Positions 62,801 through 64,000 of a DNA stretch of 64,000 bases are shown in pieces. Position numbers and translations under genes: made by a program. Source of the DNA: Oculina patagonica (lineage: Eukaryota); the NCBI RefSeq assembly GCF_052425735.1, contig NC_135759.1, forward strand, positions 35,154,001 to 35,218,000, written 5' to 3'. The notes under the pieces are model-generated. The model worked only from the letters and a program-made list of their open reading frames with translations. It made no database searches and was not told the origin of the DNA. How positions within the stretch are numbered: the stretch's first letter is position 1; each line of letters starts with the position of its first letter.

Positions 62801-63557
62801 TGGTACTACACAGTAAGTCATAAAATTATTGTGAAAAAATTCTAGAACTACCTTATTCTTACTAATTTTTGCGCGTACTTAATTTCGCGAAATTCGGGAG
62901 CTGAATTTCGCGAGTATTAATTTTAGCGATTGCAAGAAAATATAAAGCAGAAGTGTATTAAATTTCGCGATTTTGTCAGTGGTTTATGGATCAGTCGTCA
63001 AAAACTAAGGAACTACTGAAAATATACAAAGATCTGGCTCAATGTAGCTACAAGGAGCCTGCAAACGGAAACTTTGGTGACTGTACTTAAATAATAGGTT
63101 TTGGCCGATTTACAAGCTGAAGAAAACAGTAATCAGAGGAAGGGTGCTAGTCAAAGAATGCAGAAAGGTATTTTCAAGAGTTGAGGGGGTCGTTGAGAGT
63201 GGCAGTTCCAAACACTAAAAATTTTTAATGTTTTGATCTACAAATTTATGTGGTATTAATTTTTGTGTGTGTAAATTTCGCGCAATGTATTTTTCGCGCA
63301 TATTAAATTCCGTGATTATTTTGAAATCGCGAAAATCGCGAAAATTAGTAAGAATAAGGTAGGCAGTATTTCACTTATCAGTAAATCAAGCCTGGGAACC
63401 CTAGGACTTAACATCCTGTGAGAAGACTGAGACATCTCTCAAATTCTACAGAAATAAATCTGTCAGCAAATCTCACCTCCTTTTCAGTGGGATTCAGCAA
63501 GAATATTTTCAGTTGATGTTCCCCTTTCTTGAGAGCACGACTGTACTTCACTCGCAA
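56814..63557 (-). CDS. USP47: Ubiquitin-specific protease 47, last 8 exons (63557-63477, 62590-62475, 61628-61510, 60901-60771, 60205-60158, 59809-59679, 57526-57455, 56904-56814); the 5' part lies beyond the window
   Basis: Spliced translation reads SRALKKGEH...GMTVKQCKE...LRMRRKNWKNPGTV...RQWHPS...GRGQFPCE...DDGAVVFYRDKTEELME...KERALKIYTDDSRPNN*, matching the USP47 C-terminus as recalled. All intron phases are consistent. Confidence 0.92.
57067..57228. mobile_element. Palindromic MITE
   Basis: GCCCCAGCTGTCCAAAGGTGGATAACACTATCCA / TGGATAGTGTTATCCACCTTTTGAAGAACTGGGCC. Confidence 0.75.
57323..57392. mobile_element. 70-bp MITE with 9-bp TSD
   Basis: TAGCCTGCGTTGCAGACG / CGTCTGCAACGCAGGCTA TIRs, with ATGATTACC on both flanks (57314-57322, 57393-57401). 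Confidence 0.85.
58056..58297 (-). repeat. Dispersed repeat, same family as 10931-11142
   Basis: Reverse-complement similarity seen by eye. Confidence 0.8.
58613..58817 (-). mobile_element. Crypton-like (DUF3504 tyrosine-recombinase family) N-terminal remnant
   Basis: MAERIASVSEEELKVLIENKDSKNTKRTTK...LANVLTKFYAGARKD resembles the N-terminus of Crypton/KIAA1958/ZMYM-type proteins, then truncates. Confidence 0.65.
59855..60039 (+). mobile_element. tRNA-derived SINE with 15-bp TSD
   Basis: B-box GGTTCGAGCCC, body GTGTTCTTGGGCAAGACACTT...GGACTAGCATCCCATTCAGGGG; TTACAGCAAAATCTA duplicated at 59840-59854 and 60040-60054. Confidence 0.85.
61229..61398. repeat. Near-perfect 170-bp palindrome (hairpin element)
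   Basis: ~80-bp inverted arms AATACCCGATTCCCTCTATA...GAGACTCAGCA / TGCTGAGTCTC...TATAGAGGGAATCGGGTATT with a short loop. Confidence 0.9.
62851..63359. mobile_element. Tc1/mariner-type MITE with TA TSD
   Basis: TA|CCTTATTCTTACTAATTTTTGCG ... CGCGAAAATTAGTAAGAATAAGG|TA, with subterminal AATTTCGCG repeats. Confidence 0.8.
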
Positions 63558-64000
63558 CTATCAGGGTGAAAAAAATATTATTATCAAGAATAGCGGTAAA
63601 TGTACATACAATATATCAGTTTGGATATAAATGATAAGATCTCAAGGTACAACTACTTTTACAACAGATTGGCTATTTTCTAGGCATGTCACTCAGATAG
63701 GAGGCTGACTGAGTAGTTGATCTTGGGACTACAACAAGTGGCAGGATGGGCTTGAGAATAGGATCAGTGGATTTCACAAACTCAAACAAATTTACAAATG
63801 AACATCCTCAGAGAATCCTGGTACTTCACATCTCAAGGTAATGAAGTACTGAGAGCAAACCAATGAATGAGCTGAGGGCTAAATTACTATTAATATTCTC
63901 TTCAATCTGACTTTCACAGAGGCAAATCCTCTTAATCACTAAATGCAAACAATGTACTGTATTGATAAATAATATAACCACATCTAGTATTGGCTTTTAT

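Overview
Eukaryotic, intron-containing, AT-rich animal DNA. The repeat families suggest an anthozoan cnidarian such as a stony coral (inference). The window is dominated by a ~26.4 kb block present twice (1307-27664 and 28165-54131) on either side of a 500-N scaffold gap. This is most likely an uncollapsed haplotype rather than a true tandem duplication. Each block holds, in order: the last exon of an E/R/K-rich helical protein (its upstream exon is at 1-657); an intact 4-exon classical SDR; a convergent SDR paralogue that has lost the catalytic YxxxK exon; a head-to-head 3-exon stand-alone WRN/EXD-type DEDDy 3'-5' exonuclease; an intronless clade-B-like serpin; and a 3-exon DEPDC1/DEPDC7-family gene. 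The right end carries the last 8 exons of USP47 on the minus strand. The most notable non-coding items are a complete type I hammerhead ribozyme inside a ~200 bp insertion, antisense in SDR intron 1; a palindrome apparently built from two degenerate Penelope-type minimal hammerheads; and tandem Helentron/DINE-like elements. There is also an inverted copy of SDR exon 1 in its own upstream region, hAT and Crypton transposase remnants, SINEs and many MITEs. Exon coordinates were read by eye from GT-AG sites and checked for phase.
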